A stretch of 52,857 nucleotides of DNA from Nitriliruptoraceae bacterium (lineage in GTDB: Bacteria; Actinomycetota; Nitriliruptoria; Nitriliruptorales; Nitriliruptoraceae), in the NCBI GenBank assembly GCA_007123425.1, contig SKLC01000079.1, positions 1-52,857 of the forward strand, read 5' to 3'. Positions 38,292-48,646 of the stretch are shown piece by piece. The position numbers were made by a program, and so were the translations under genes. The stretch's first letter is position 1, and the number at the start of each line of letters is the position of its first letter. Below the pieces are notes generated by a model. It had not been told where the DNA came from. It made no database searches and worked only from the letters and a program-made list of their open reading frames with translations.

Positions 38292-38464
38292 GCCGGCCCC
38301 CCGTTCGTCCCACCCGTGCGGGCCCTTCGGCTCTGCCTGGCGCAGTGGCCCCGGGGATTGACTGCGCACCACGGCGACGCGGCCGATCCGACCGGCCGCC
38401 GGCAGGGGCCACGAGCCCGCCGTCGACACCGCGAGCCTGCGCCGGACACGACGAGGAGCACGAG

Positions 38465-38815
38465 ATGAGCCATTTCCACGAACGACTGCGCGAGCTCGGC
38501 CCCCCGACCCGGGAGCTGCGCAAGCGGATCCCCGACACCTACGGCGGCTTCCTGCAGATGGCACAGGGAGCGGTCGCCGACGGGGAGATCTCCGGCCGCA
38601 TCAAGGAGGCCATGGCGGTCGCCATCGCGGTCACGCACGGCTGCGAGGAGTGCATCGCCCACCACGCCAAGGCCGCGGCGCGCCTGGGCACGACCGAGCA
38701 GGAGATGGCCGAGGCACTGGGCGTCGCCCTGCTCATGGCCGGCGGCCCCGCGTCGACCATGGCACCGACCGCCTGGCGGGCCTTCCAGGAGTTCCGCGAG
38801 GACGTGGCGTCCTGA
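38465..38815 (+). CDS. Carboxymuconolactone decarboxylase / AhpD-like family protein
   Basis: ATG 38465 after GAGGAG. 116 aa with the CxxC-H motif HGCEECIAHH. Confidence 0.85.
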   Translation: MSHFHERLRELGPPTRELRKRIPDTYGGFLQMAQGAVADGEISGRIKEAMAVAIAVTHGCEECIAHHAKAAARLGTTEQEMAEALGVALLMAGGPASTMAPTAWRAFQEFREDVAS

Positions 38816-39528
38816 TGTCCGGCGATCCCGGCAAGGCCGGGGTCGCCACCCCTCCGGCGACCCCGGCCGATCCTGCGCTCTCACGTCGACTGCCTCGGGC
38901 GGGACGGGTCCTGGCCGTCTGCGCCCATCCGGACGACGAGACCTTCGGCCTCGGGGCGCTGATCACCGCGTTCGTCGACGCGGGCGTGCCGGTGGAGCTG
39001 CTCTGCCTCACCCTCGGCGAGGCCTCGACGCTGGGGGCCGGCCGGGATCTCGGTGCGCGCCGTGGACGGGAGCTGGGCTGCGCCGCCCGAGTGCTGGGGA
39101 TCGGCCGGGTCACCCTGGGCGACCACCCTGACGGGCACCTGGCGACGGTCCCGTTGGCGACGCTGGCCGACGAGGTGCTGGCGGCGGCCCGGGACGCGGA
39201 CACGCTGCTGGTCTTCGATCACGGTGGCGTCACCGGCCATCCCGACCATCAGCGAGCCACCGACGCGGCCCTGGCCGCGGCCGAGCGCCTCGACGCGCGG
39301 GTGCTGGCCTGGGCGCTCTCCCGCGCGGTCGCCGACCGCCTCGACGAGGAGACCGGCGTGCAGCTCGTCGGACGCGAGGACCCGAGCCTGACCCACCGGC
39401 TGACGGTGGATCGCACCCGGCAGCTGGCAGCCATGTCGTGCCACGTCAGCCAGCTGGACGACAACCCGGTGCCCCGGCATCGCATTCGCATCCAGGGCCC
39501 CGTCGAGCATCTGCGCACGCTGCGGTGA
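38815..39528 (+). CDS. PIG-L/LmbE-family deacetylase
   Basis: The ATG overlaps the upstream stop (TGATG). Motifs VCAHPDDETFG and GHPDH. Confidence 0.85.
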   Translation: MSGDPGKAGVATPPATPADPALSRRLPRAGRVLAVCAHPDDETFGLGALITAFVDAGVPVELLCLTLGEASTLGAGRDLGARRGRELGCAARVLGIGRVTLGDHPDGHLATVPLATLADEVLAAARDADTLLVFDHGGVTGHPDHQRATDAALAAAERLDARVLAWALSRAVADRLDEETGVQLVGREDPSLTHRLTVDRTRQLAAMSCHVSQLDDNPVPRHRIRIQGPVEHLRTLR

Positions 39529-39544
39529 GCCAGGGTGGTCCGTC

Positions 39545-41656
39545 TCAGCCGGTCAGGCCGGTCAGAGACACGTCGCCGGGCAGCACCTCGATGTCGAGCG
39601 GCTCACCGTGCACGTCGAGGTCGAGCTCACCGTCGCGATCGATGCGCAGGTCCAGGTCACGCCCGGCGACCGGCAGGCCGTACACCTCCAGGCGACGGAA
39701 CGGCGGGGGCTGCAGCGGGGCCACGATCAGCCGGCCATCGGGGATGGCGGGCTGCAGACGCAGACACGCCCGCAGCAGCAGCAGCGCACCGCCGGCGGCC
39801 CAGGCCTGGGGCCGGCATGCCGACGGATAGGGCACGGGGAAGGGCACGTCGGCCCGGGCGAACCCCGCGAACAGCTCCGGCAGCCGGTAGTCGAACTCGG
39901 GTGCGGCGTCCACGAGCTGTCGAAGGAGCATGGCGGTGGGCTCCGCGTGCCCGGTGACGGCCAGGCCCCAGGCGGCGATCGCGGTGTCGTGGGGCCACAC
40001 CGAGCCGAGGTGGTAGCTCACGGGGTTGAAGCCTGCGCTGGTGTCCGCGAGCGTGCGCAGCCCCCAGCCGCTGGCCATCGCCGCCCCCGTGAGCCGGTTG
40101 GCGACGAGCGCGGTCTCGTCGTCGTCGAGGATGCCGGTTGCCAGCAGATGGCCCATGTTGCTGGCCACGCCGTCCACGGGCTGATCGTCGCGGTCGAGGG
40201 CCACGGCCGGATAGGGACCGCGCTCATCGTGGACCCAGAAGCGGGCCCGAAACCGGTCGGCCAGCTCCTTCGCCCAGGTGCGCCACTCCTCGGCCCCTGC
40301 ACGACCGAAGCGCTCCAGCAGCTGTGCCCCACGACGTGCCGCGTCGTAGGCGTAGCCCTGGACCTCGGCGAGCGCGATCGGCGGCTGGGCGAGCCGGCCG
40401 TCGGCGAACTGGATGCCGTCCTCGCTGTCCTTCCACCCCTGGTTGTCCAGGCCCCGCGCGCTCTCCTTGCGGTACTCGATGAACCCGTCGCCGTCAGGGT
40501 CGCTGTGGTCGCGCAGCCACCCCAGCGCCGCCTCGACGTGCGGGACGAGCGCGGCGACCTCGGTGTCGACAAGGCCCCAGCGCCAGGCCTCGTGGGCCAG
40601 CACGACGAACAGCGGGGTCGCGTCCACCGAGCCGTAGTAGTTCGGTGGCAGGTCGCCGAGGTGTGTGAGGCTGCCGCGGCGGATCTCGTGCAGGATCTTG
40701 CCGGGCTGCTCCTCGGTCTCGGGATCGTGGCGCCATCCCTGGCGCCGCGCGAGGGTGCGCAGCGTGCCGCCCGCCAGGTCGAGGTCGACGGGTGCAGCCA
40801 TCGTCCCGGCCCACAGGGAGTCCCGGCCGAACAGGGTGAGGTACCAGGGGCTCCCGGCCGCGCAGAAGCGGTCGGTGGGCTCCTCGGGGTCGGTCAGCGT
40901 GAGCGCGTCGAGGTCATCGAGGCTGCCCTCGACGAGGCGCTGGAACCGGTGATCGGCGCACTCGATGGTGACGCGGCGAGGTCGGCCGCCGCGCTCGGGC
41001 AGCTGCGAGCGTGGGTCCAGCGCCGCACAGCGACGATCGGGGCGCACGATGCCGTAGACGTCACGAGCCACGAGGTCGAGGCAGATTCGGGCGGTGCCCC
41101 CGGCTGGGACCGCGACGGGGACCACGAGCAGCGCCCCCTCGCGCCGCTCTGGTGGGGGGCTGGTGGTCAGCACCACCTCGTCGACCGCGTCCTCGCGCAG
41201 GAACCGGACCCCGCCCGGGGCCGCAAGCGGCGGAAGCGGGGTACGCGACCGGTGGTGGCGGACATCGAAGATGTAGGCGAAGTCGGTGCCGACCCGCAGA
41301 CCCACCTCGACGTGCAGGGGCATGCGGCCACGGTTGGCCAGGCGCACCTCCTCGTGGAGCGAGCTCTCGATCACGCGCCGACGGTCGATCAGGAGCACCG
41401 GGTCCGCGCCGGCGTGGGGCACGGGAACGTAGGACTGGAACGCGGCGCTCGCAGGTCCGGTGAGCTCGCCCCGCAACGGTCGCGGACGCACCCCGTCCAC
41501 GACGACCTCCACGTGATCGAGGACGCGGGTGTCCCGCACGTAGACGCCGTGGTCCTCGCCCCGGAGGATGTCGCCCGACGCGGCGGAGACCGCGAAGATC
41601 TCCCCGCGCACGCAGGTGACCTCGCCGAGCGGACCGGTCGCGCTGTCGCCGTTCAC
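39545..41656 (-). CDS. Amylo-alpha-1,6-glucosidase / glycogen-debranching-enzyme-family protein
   Basis: 703 aa with a GDE N-terminal domain. GSPWYLTLFGRDSLW opens the (alpha/alpha)6 catalytic domain. Confidence 0.85.
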   Translation of the reverse strand: MNGDSATGPLGEVTCVRGEIFAVSAASGDILRGEDHGVYVRDTRVLDHVEVVVDGVRPRPLRGELTGPASAAFQSYVPVPHAGADPVLLIDRRRVIESSLHEEVRLANRGRMPLHVEVGLRVGTDFAYIFDVRHHRSRTPLPPLAAPGGVRFLREDAVDEVVLTTSPPPERREGALLVVPVAVPAGGTARICLDLVARDVYGIVRPDRRCAALDPRSQLPERGGRPRRVTIECADHRFQRLVEGSLDDLDALTLTDPEEPTDRFCAAGSPWYLTLFGRDSLWAGTMAAPVDLDLAGGTLRTLARRQGWRHDPETEEQPGKILHEIRRGSLTHLGDLPPNYYGSVDATPLFVVLAHEAWRWGLVDTEVAALVPHVEAALGWLRDHSDPDGDGFIEYRKESARGLDNQGWKDSEDGIQFADGRLAQPPIALAEVQGYAYDAARRGAQLLERFGRAGAEEWRTWAKELADRFRARFWVHDERGPYPAVALDRDDQPVDGVASNMGHLLATGILDDDETALVANRLTGAAMASGWGLRTLADTSAGFNPVSYHLGSVWPHDTAIAAWGLAVTGHAEPTAMLLRQLVDAAPEFDYRLPELFAGFARADVPFPVPYPSACRPQAWAAGGALLLLRACLRLQPAIPDGRLIVAPLQPPPFRRLEVYGLPVAGRDLDLRIDRDGELDLDVHGEPLDIEVLPGDVSLTGLTG

Positions 41657-41839
41657 GGGGCACGACGCTTCCGGCCACGCCTCGGGCCGCGATCCGGGGA
41701 CCGATGGGAGGTGCTCATCGAGGTTCGTCCTCCTGGGCGGGGGATGCCCTGCACCGCGACTCTGCCATGCGCTCGATCCGGCCGGGACGTGGAGCCCCGG
41801 CGCCGACCACCGCGCCGAGGCTTGGCGTCCATTGCTCGG

Positions 41840-43516
41840 TCATGCCTCCTTCAGGTCCCGCCGGCGGAAGGCCGCGGCGCCGACCACGACGCCTGCCAGC
41901 CCCACGGCCACCATCACCAGCGCGGCGCCCACGTTCACGTCGGCCGCCGGCACCGCCGCCAGGTGGCGGAACGGGCTGAGGTCGAGGACGGCCTCCGGCA
42001 GCTCGAGCATCCCGCCCACGAAGTCCAGCAGGTAGGCGCCGACCACCAGGGCGTAGGTGACGGGGGCGGTCAGCCGTGGGGCCAGCCCCACGACGGCGAC
42101 TCCGACCCCGAGGGCGAGCCAGGCGATCGGGATCATGTTGATGCCGGCCAGCAGTCCGTCGGTGAAGGCGACCGGGGCTCCCACCAGCGCGGTTCCCAGC
42201 CAGCCGAGCACCCCGGCCACCAGCGCCGCGAGCACGATGGCTGCTGCCGCGACGACGATGCGAGTGACCAGCCACCGGATGCGCCCAAGGGGCCGCACGA
42301 GCAGGTGCTCGATGCGCCAGGTGGCCTCCTCGTCGCGGACGGCGACCACCTGCCCGGCGGCGAACACCGCGAGCACGATCCCGACCCACGAGAAGGCGAA
42401 CCCGAGGGCTCCCTCGGGCGTGTCCATCGCCGGATACCCGAGCATGGCCGTCAGCTCGGCCATCGTCTCGAGGTCGGCGACGGCGACGCTGAAGTCACGG
42501 GCGAGCAGGCCGAAGCCGAGCGCGACGAGGCCGGCCACCAGTCCCCAGGTCCGCGCCGGCCCGGCGGTGAGCCGAATCGCGAGGTCCAGCTGGCCGGTGA
42601 CCGGACGTCGCGCGCCCGTCACGACATCGGTGCCGGCAGCCAGTCGGCCGGCGTGCAGGTCACGGTCGGCGAGCAGGTAGGTGACGGCCACCAGCACCGC
42701 CAGCAGCCCGAGGTAGGCGAGGAACACGGCGGTGCGGGCCTGGTCCAGCTCGTGGAGGAAGCCCAGCCATCCCAGCGGAGTGGCCCACCAGACCCACTCG
42801 GGGGTCGCGCTGGCGGCGGCGACGATGCGCACGGCCAGGGCGAGACCGAGGAAGATCCCGACCAGGCCGGTGGCCCGTCGGTGACTGGGGGTGAGCTGGG
42901 AGGCGAGCGCCCCGGCGGCGGCGAACGTGGCGGCCACGAGGGCTGCGGCCCCGCCCAGCGCCCAGGAGGTGGCCGCGTCCATCCCCGCCGCCGTGTGGGT
43001 CGCACCGATCGCGACGGCGAAGAGGGCGAAGACGGTAGCCATCGCCGCGAGCGCCGAGGACAGCAGCCCGCGGGCCGAGACGGCACCGGCCCGAAGGGGC
43101 TCGAGGTGCCCGGCCTCCTCGGCACGTCGCAGGAGCCGCACAGCGGCGAGCATGCCCCAGATGGCCGCGAGCACGCCGAAGATGCCCCAGCGCGAGAGCA
43201 CGCCGCCCTCGAGGGTGGTCAGGCCGACGAGCCGGCCGAGCAGTGCCTCGAAGGCGGGCACGCCCTCGAACTCGGCGAACGCGGCGAGCTCCTCGGGGGT
43301 GGCGTAGCGGTCCTCGAACGTGACCGCCACGCCCCAGCTGATGCCGGCGAGCCCGACGATCCAGGCGACGGCGCCATTGCGAAGCAACCGCAGGTTGTGG
43401 ACGTAGGTACGCCACCAGACCGCAGCCGGCGAACGGGCCTCGATGACGAGTGGCTGGTCGGCGTCGGTGACGGCCAGGGGCCGTTCGGGCTGCCGACGGT
43501 GCAGGGTGATGGCCAT
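41840..43516 (-). CDS. ABC exporter permease (ABC-2 type, duplicated 6+6 TM)
   Basis: 558-aa polytopic protein, 32 bp downstream of the ATPase gene on the same strand. Confidence 0.75.
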   Translation of the reverse strand: MAITLHRRQPERPLAVTDADQPLVIEARSPAAVWWRTYVHNLRLLRNGAVAWIVGLAGISWGVAVTFEDRYATPEELAAFAEFEGVPAFEALLGRLVGLTTLEGGVLSRWGIFGVLAAIWGMLAAVRLLRRAEEAGHLEPLRAGAVSARGLLSSALAAMATVFALFAVAIGATHTAAGMDAATSWALGGAAALVAATFAAAGALASQLTPSHRRATGLVGIFLGLALAVRIVAAASATPEWVWWATPLGWLGFLHELDQARTAVFLAYLGLLAVLVAVTYLLADRDLHAGRLAAGTDVVTGARRPVTGQLDLAIRLTAGPARTWGLVAGLVALGFGLLARDFSVAVADLETMAELTAMLGYPAMDTPEGALGFAFSWVGIVLAVFAAGQVVAVRDEEATWRIEHLLVRPLGRIRWLVTRIVVAAAAIVLAALVAGVLGWLGTALVGAPVAFTDGLLAGINMIPIAWLALGVGVAVVGLAPRLTAPVTYALVVGAYLLDFVGGMLELPEAVLDLSPFRHLAAVPAADVNVGAALVMVAVGLAGVVVGAAAFRRRDLKEA

Positions 43517-43547
43517 GGCCGCTGCTCCTTGCTGCCCGGGAGGGGCG

Positions 43548-44465
<918 letters not shown>

Positions 44466-44699
44466 GAGCGTCCTCCGGAGCCGAGGGGTTCACACCCCTC
44501 ATCATCCGTCCCCGGCCGCGAACCCTCAGAGGCCTCCGGCTCCCGTGGAGGGGACCAAAGGGCACCTCGGGGCCGCACGTGGCCACGTCATCCGGCCGGG
44601 TCGCGCGATCGGACGGCCCACGAGGTCACCGCTCGCCCACCTGCGGCCGTCCGGCCACGGGACCGGACGCCCTCGTGGCCGACCGACCGCGCAGCCTCG

Positions 44700-45974
44700 T
44701 CAGCCCACCGGACGGCGGTGGCGCGAGATCTCGGCCCGGCCCACCACCATGTGATGGACCTCGTCGGGCCCGTCCGCCAGGCGCAGGGTGCGCATGCCCG
44801 TGTACATCTCCGGCAGCGGCGACCACTGCGAGACCCCGGTGGCGCCGTGGATCTGGATCGCCTGGTCGATGATCTCGCAGACCTTCTCGGGCACCATCGC
44901 CTTGACCGCGGACACCCAGGCGCGCGCCTCCGCGTTGCCCATCAGGTCCATCGCCTTCGCGGCCCGCAGCGTCATCAGCCGGCAGGCCTCGATCTCGATG
45001 CGGGCGCGCGAGACCCACTCGGTGTTCTTGCCCAGCGCGATCAGCGGCTTGCCGAAGGCCTCGCGCGACAGGCCGCGCTGGATCATCAGCTCGAGCGCCC
45101 GCTCGGCCGCGCCGATCGCGCGCATGCAGTGGTGGATGCGACCGGGCCCGAGCCGCAGCTGTGAGATCTCGAATCCGCGGCCCTCGCCCAGCAGGATGTT
45201 CTCCTCGGGCACCCGCACGTCGGTGAAGCGGATGTGCATGTGGCCGTGCGGCGCGTCGTCGCGGCCGAAGACCTCCATGCCCTCGAGGATCTCCACGCCG
45301 GGGGTGTCGATCGGCACCAGGATCTGCGACTGCTGCTGGTGCGGCGGCGCGTCGGGGCTGGTCTGCACCATCACGATCATGATCTTGCAGCGCGGGTCAC
45401 CGGCCCCGGAGATGTAGTACTTCTCGCCGTTGATGACCCACTGGCCGTTCTCGAGCACGGCCTGGGTCTTGACGTTGCGCGCGTCCGAGGAGGCGGTGTC
45501 GGGCTCGGTCATCGCGAACGCGGAGCGGATCTCGCCCCGCAGCAGGGGGGTGAGCCACCGCTCCTTCTGCTCGGGTGTGCCCACCCGCTCGAGGACCTCC
45601 ATGTTGCCGGTGTCGGGCGCGGAGCAGTTCATGGTCTCCGAGGCCAGGCGGTTCTTGCCCAGCTCCACCGCGATGTAGGCGTAGTCGAGGTTCTTCAGCC
45701 CCTCGCCGGTCTCGGCGTCGGGCAGGAAGAAGTTCCACAGCCCGTTGGCCTTGGCCTTGTCCTTGACGCCCTCGAGCAGCTCGAGCTGGCCCGGCGCGTA
45801 GGACCAGCGGTCCTCGCGACCCTCGCCCAGGCGGTGGAACTCCTCGGTGATGGGGTCCACCTCCTCGGCGATGAAGGTCTTGACCTTGTCCAGCAGCGGC
45901 CGCGCCTCCTCCGACATCCTGAGGTCGAACGCGTCGCCACCGAAGTCGTCGAGGTTGAAGGGCTGTGGGGGCAT
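44700..45974 (-). CDS. Acyl-CoA dehydrogenase (ACAD10/11- or FadE-like)
   Basis: ATG 45974 after AGGAGA. Motifs AMTEPDTASSD, FEISQLRLGPGRIHHCMR, RLADGPDEVH. Paralogous to the ACAD at 3601-4779. Confidence 0.85.
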   Translation of the reverse strand: MPPQPFNLDDFGGDAFDLRMSEEARPLLDKVKTFIAEEVDPITEEFHRLGEGREDRWSYAPGQLELLEGVKDKAKANGLWNFFLPDAETGEGLKNLDYAYIAVELGKNRLASETMNCSAPDTGNMEVLERVGTPEQKERWLTPLLRGEIRSAFAMTEPDTASSDARNVKTQAVLENGQWVINGEKYYISGAGDPRCKIMIVMVQTSPDAPPHQQQSQILVPIDTPGVEILEGMEVFGRDDAPHGHMHIRFTDVRVPEENILLGEGRGFEISQLRLGPGRIHHCMRAIGAAERALELMIQRGLSREAFGKPLIALGKNTEWVSRARIEIEACRLMTLRAAKAMDLMGNAEARAWVSAVKAMVPEKVCEIIDQAIQIHGATGVSQWSPLPEMYTGMRTLRLADGPDEVHHMVVGRAEISRHRRPVG

Positions 45975-46119
45975 GCGGATTCTCCTGGAGGGGCCGGAAA
46001 GAGACGCTTCGGATATCGAACGCAATCCTAGTGCGCCGGCGTGGGCCGGGCCGGCTGCGGGCGGACCCGGGTCGCGCGGACCCCGCCCTCCGCCCGGCAC
46101 GGCCGGCCCGAGCCCTCGC

Positions 46120-47118
46120 CTAGTCGACCAGGCTCGCGTACCCGGCGGCGTCGCCCTCGTCCTCCTCCTCGAGGTCGTGCTCGATCGACGAGGCGGAGGC
46201 ACCGCGGGCGCTCTCGATGGCGCCGTAGCGGCGCTGCAGGCGGTCGACCTGGTACTCCCATGCGGCCTCGGGGCCCACCCCCAGGTCGCGGGCGCGCTGG
46301 CGGTCCGCCTCGGCCTCGGGCGAGGTGTCGGCCATCTCGAGCTCGTGGCGGACGCGCATCAGCTCCATCATCTCGTCGAGGTCGGCCTTGGCCACCTCCC
46401 ACATCGCGTCGTCCGCGGCGACGTGCCGACGGATGTTGTAGGTGCCCCAGGCCAGGTGCCGACGCTCGTCGCGCGAGATCAGGCGCACCAGCTCGCGCAT
46501 CCCCGGGAACAGCCCGCCGAGCTGATCCAGGATCGTGGTCCAGGCCCAGTAGCCGGTGAGCGCCAGCGTGCCCTCGACGAACTGGTTGTAGACGACGTTC
46601 GCGCGGATCTGGGCGCGGGGACCCGGGTCGTCGACGAGCCGTCCCATGGCCTCGGGCAGGATCCGCGTGAAGATCGAGCTGAAGTTGTCCTCCGTGCGGC
46701 CACCGTCGACCTGGTCGAGCAGGTAGTGCAGGTCGTGCTTGGCCCCCACGGCGTCGAACCAGCGCCGGAAGACCTCCACGTGCTTGGCCTCCTCGAACGC
46801 GAACTGGGTGAGGTACATCTCGTCCTCGAGGCGGCCCTCGGCGGCCATGGCCTGCATGAACGGCTGGATGTCCTCGGTGACGGCCTCCTCGCCGATCAGG
46901 AACTGCACCGCCAGCCCGGCGACGCCCTCCTGCTGGTCGGCGTCGAGCAGGCCCCAGTGCTCGGCGTCCTGTGAGAAGTCGATCTGCGAGGGGTCCCAGA
47001 ACTTCTGGTTGCCCTGCACGAACAGCCGCATCGGCAGGGCGCCGAAGTCCAGTCCGCCCTCCACGATCGAGTGGAACCCGGAGCGCTGTGTGCCCGGTCG
47101 CGTCTCGCTGATGGTCAT
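46120..47118 (-). CDS. R2-like ligand-binding oxidase (R2lox; RNR-R2-fold Mn/Fe protein)
   Basis: FLIGEEAVTEDIQPFMQAMAAEGRLEDEMYLTQFAFEEAKH and RLISRDERRHLAWG (E..EExH / ExxH metal sites). Close to the M. tuberculosis Rv0233-type sequence as I remember it, and it lacks the radical Tyr context of true NrdB. Confidence 0.85.
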   Translation of the reverse strand: MTISETRPGTQRSGFHSIVEGGLDFGALPMRLFVQGNQKFWDPSQIDFSQDAEHWGLLDADQQEGVAGLAVQFLIGEEAVTEDIQPFMQAMAAEGRLEDEMYLTQFAFEEAKHVEVFRRWFDAVGAKHDLHYLLDQVDGGRTEDNFSSIFTRILPEAMGRLVDDPGPRAQIRANVVYNQFVEGTLALTGYWAWTTILDQLGGLFPGMRELVRLISRDERRHLAWGTYNIRRHVAADDAMWEVAKADLDEMMELMRVRHELEMADTSPEAEADRQRARDLGVGPEAAWEYQVDRLQRRYGAIESARGASASSIEHDLEEEDEGDAAGYASLVD

Positions 47119-47201
47119 GCTCTCTCCCTCTCCGTACGCGTCCCGCGTCGGGACGTCCGCGCAGTCACGCTACTCCGATCCGCGGCGCGCGTCGACGGCG
47201 G

Positions 47202-48512
47202 CTACGAGTCGCGCTCCCACTCCTCGGGCTCACGCGCGAAGGGGTCGACGTCGAGGTAGTCCCGCAGCTCGAGGACCGCGTCCTCGTCGACGTCGGCGAT
47301 GAGCTCCGTCCCGGTCTCGTCGTGGGTCTCCTTGACGACCGTGCCGCGGCGGTGGGCGAGCGCGACGAGATCGCCGCGTTCGTAGGGCACGTGGGCGCTC
47401 ACGCGCAGGCGTCGCGAGGGCAACCGGTGGGCCAGGCGCTCCCGGAGGTCCTCGAGCCCCTCGCCGGTGGCCGCGGAGACCACCAGCGGCTCCTGTCCGG
47501 CCTGGGTGTGCAGCCGGCGCGCCAGCGCGTCCACGGTGGCGCGGTCGGCCGCGTCGACCTTGTTGAGCACGAGCTGCTCGGGCACGTCCTGGGCGCCGAT
47601 CTCCTCCAGGACCTCCCGCACGGCCACCACCTGCGCCTCGGCCTCGGGGTGGGAGGCGTCCACGACGTGCAGGAGGAGGTCGGCGTCCATCGATTCCTCG
47701 AGGGTGGACTTGAAGGCCTCCACCAGACCGTGGGGGAGCTTGCGCACGAAGCCCACGGTGTCGGTCAGCACCACGTCGCGGCCGCCCTCGTCGAGCTCGA
47801 ACCGGCGCACGGTCGCATCCAGGGTGGCGAACAGCCGGTCCTCGACGAGCACGTCCGCGCCGGTCAGCCGGTTGAGCAGCGAGGACTTGCCCGCGTTGGT
47901 GTAGCCCACCAGCGCGGCGACCTCGACGCCCGAGCGCTCCCGCTCCGCGGCCTTGGTGCGGCGGATGCGCTCATAGCCCTCGAGGTCGCGCTTGAGCTTG
48001 GTGATGCGCCGGTTGATCCGTCGCCGGTCGACCTCGAGCTGCGTCTCCCCCGGCCCGCGCCCTCCGATGCCCACGCCCCCGGCCGCGCGCCCGCCGGCCT
48101 GTCGGGACAGCGCCGTACCCCAGCCACGCAGGCGCGGCAGGAGGTAGCCGAGCTGGGCGAGCTCGACCTGCGCCTTGCCCTCCCGGCTGGTGGCGTGCTG
48201 TGCGAAGATGTCGAGGATCACGATGGTGCGATCGAGCACCTTCTGGCGGACGCCCTCCTCCAGGGTGCGCTGCTGCGCGGGCGAGAGCTCGTCGTCGAAC
48301 ACGACCGCGTCGGCGCCCACCTCGGCGACGAGGTCCCGGAGCTCGCCGACCTTGCCGCGCCCGATGTAGGTCGCGGCATGGGGCGCGTCCCGTCGCTGGA
48401 TCACGCGGTCGAGGACCTCGGCCCCGGCGGTGTCGAGCAGCGCCTCGAGCTCATCGAGGGAGGCCTCGACCTCCGCGACGGTGACGCCGGGCAGCTGCAC
48501 CCCGACGATCAC
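47202..48512 (-). CDS. hflX: GTPase HflX
   Basis: HflX N-domain (DRTIVILDIFAQHATSREGKAQVELAQL) and G-domain (GYTNAGKSSLLN, DTVGF, NKVD). The first canonical start is GTG 48512. The coding-like frame continues upstream to a CTG at 48650 that overlaps the dapF stop. Confidence 0.85.
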   Translation of the reverse strand: MIVGVQLPGVTVAEVEASLDELEALLDTAGAEVLDRVIQRRDAPHAATYIGRGKVGELRDLVAEVGADAVVFDDELSPAQQRTLEEGVRQKVLDRTIVILDIFAQHATSREGKAQVELAQLGYLLPRLRGWGTALSRQAGGRAAGGVGIGGRGPGETQLEVDRRRINRRITKLKRDLEGYERIRRTKAAERERSGVEVAALVGYTNAGKSSLLNRLTGADVLVEDRLFATLDATVRRFELDEGGRDVVLTDTVGFVRKLPHGLVEAFKSTLEESMDADLLLHVVDASHPEAEAQVVAVREVLEEIGAQDVPEQLVLNKVDAADRATVDALARRLHTQAGQEPLVVSAATGEGLEDLRERLAHRLPSRRLRVSAHVPYERGDLVALAHRRGTVVKETHDETGTELIADVDEDAVLELRDYLDVDPFAREPEEWERDS

Positions 48513-48646
48513 CGCGGCCTCGACCGGCCGGATGATGTCGACGCCCTCGCGCGGGGCGCCCTCCTCGATGACCTCACGCCGCAGCCGCCGCTCCTCCGAG
48601 CGGCGCAGCGGCGCCTCGCCCTCGACGTGCCCGTCGTCCTGGGAGC

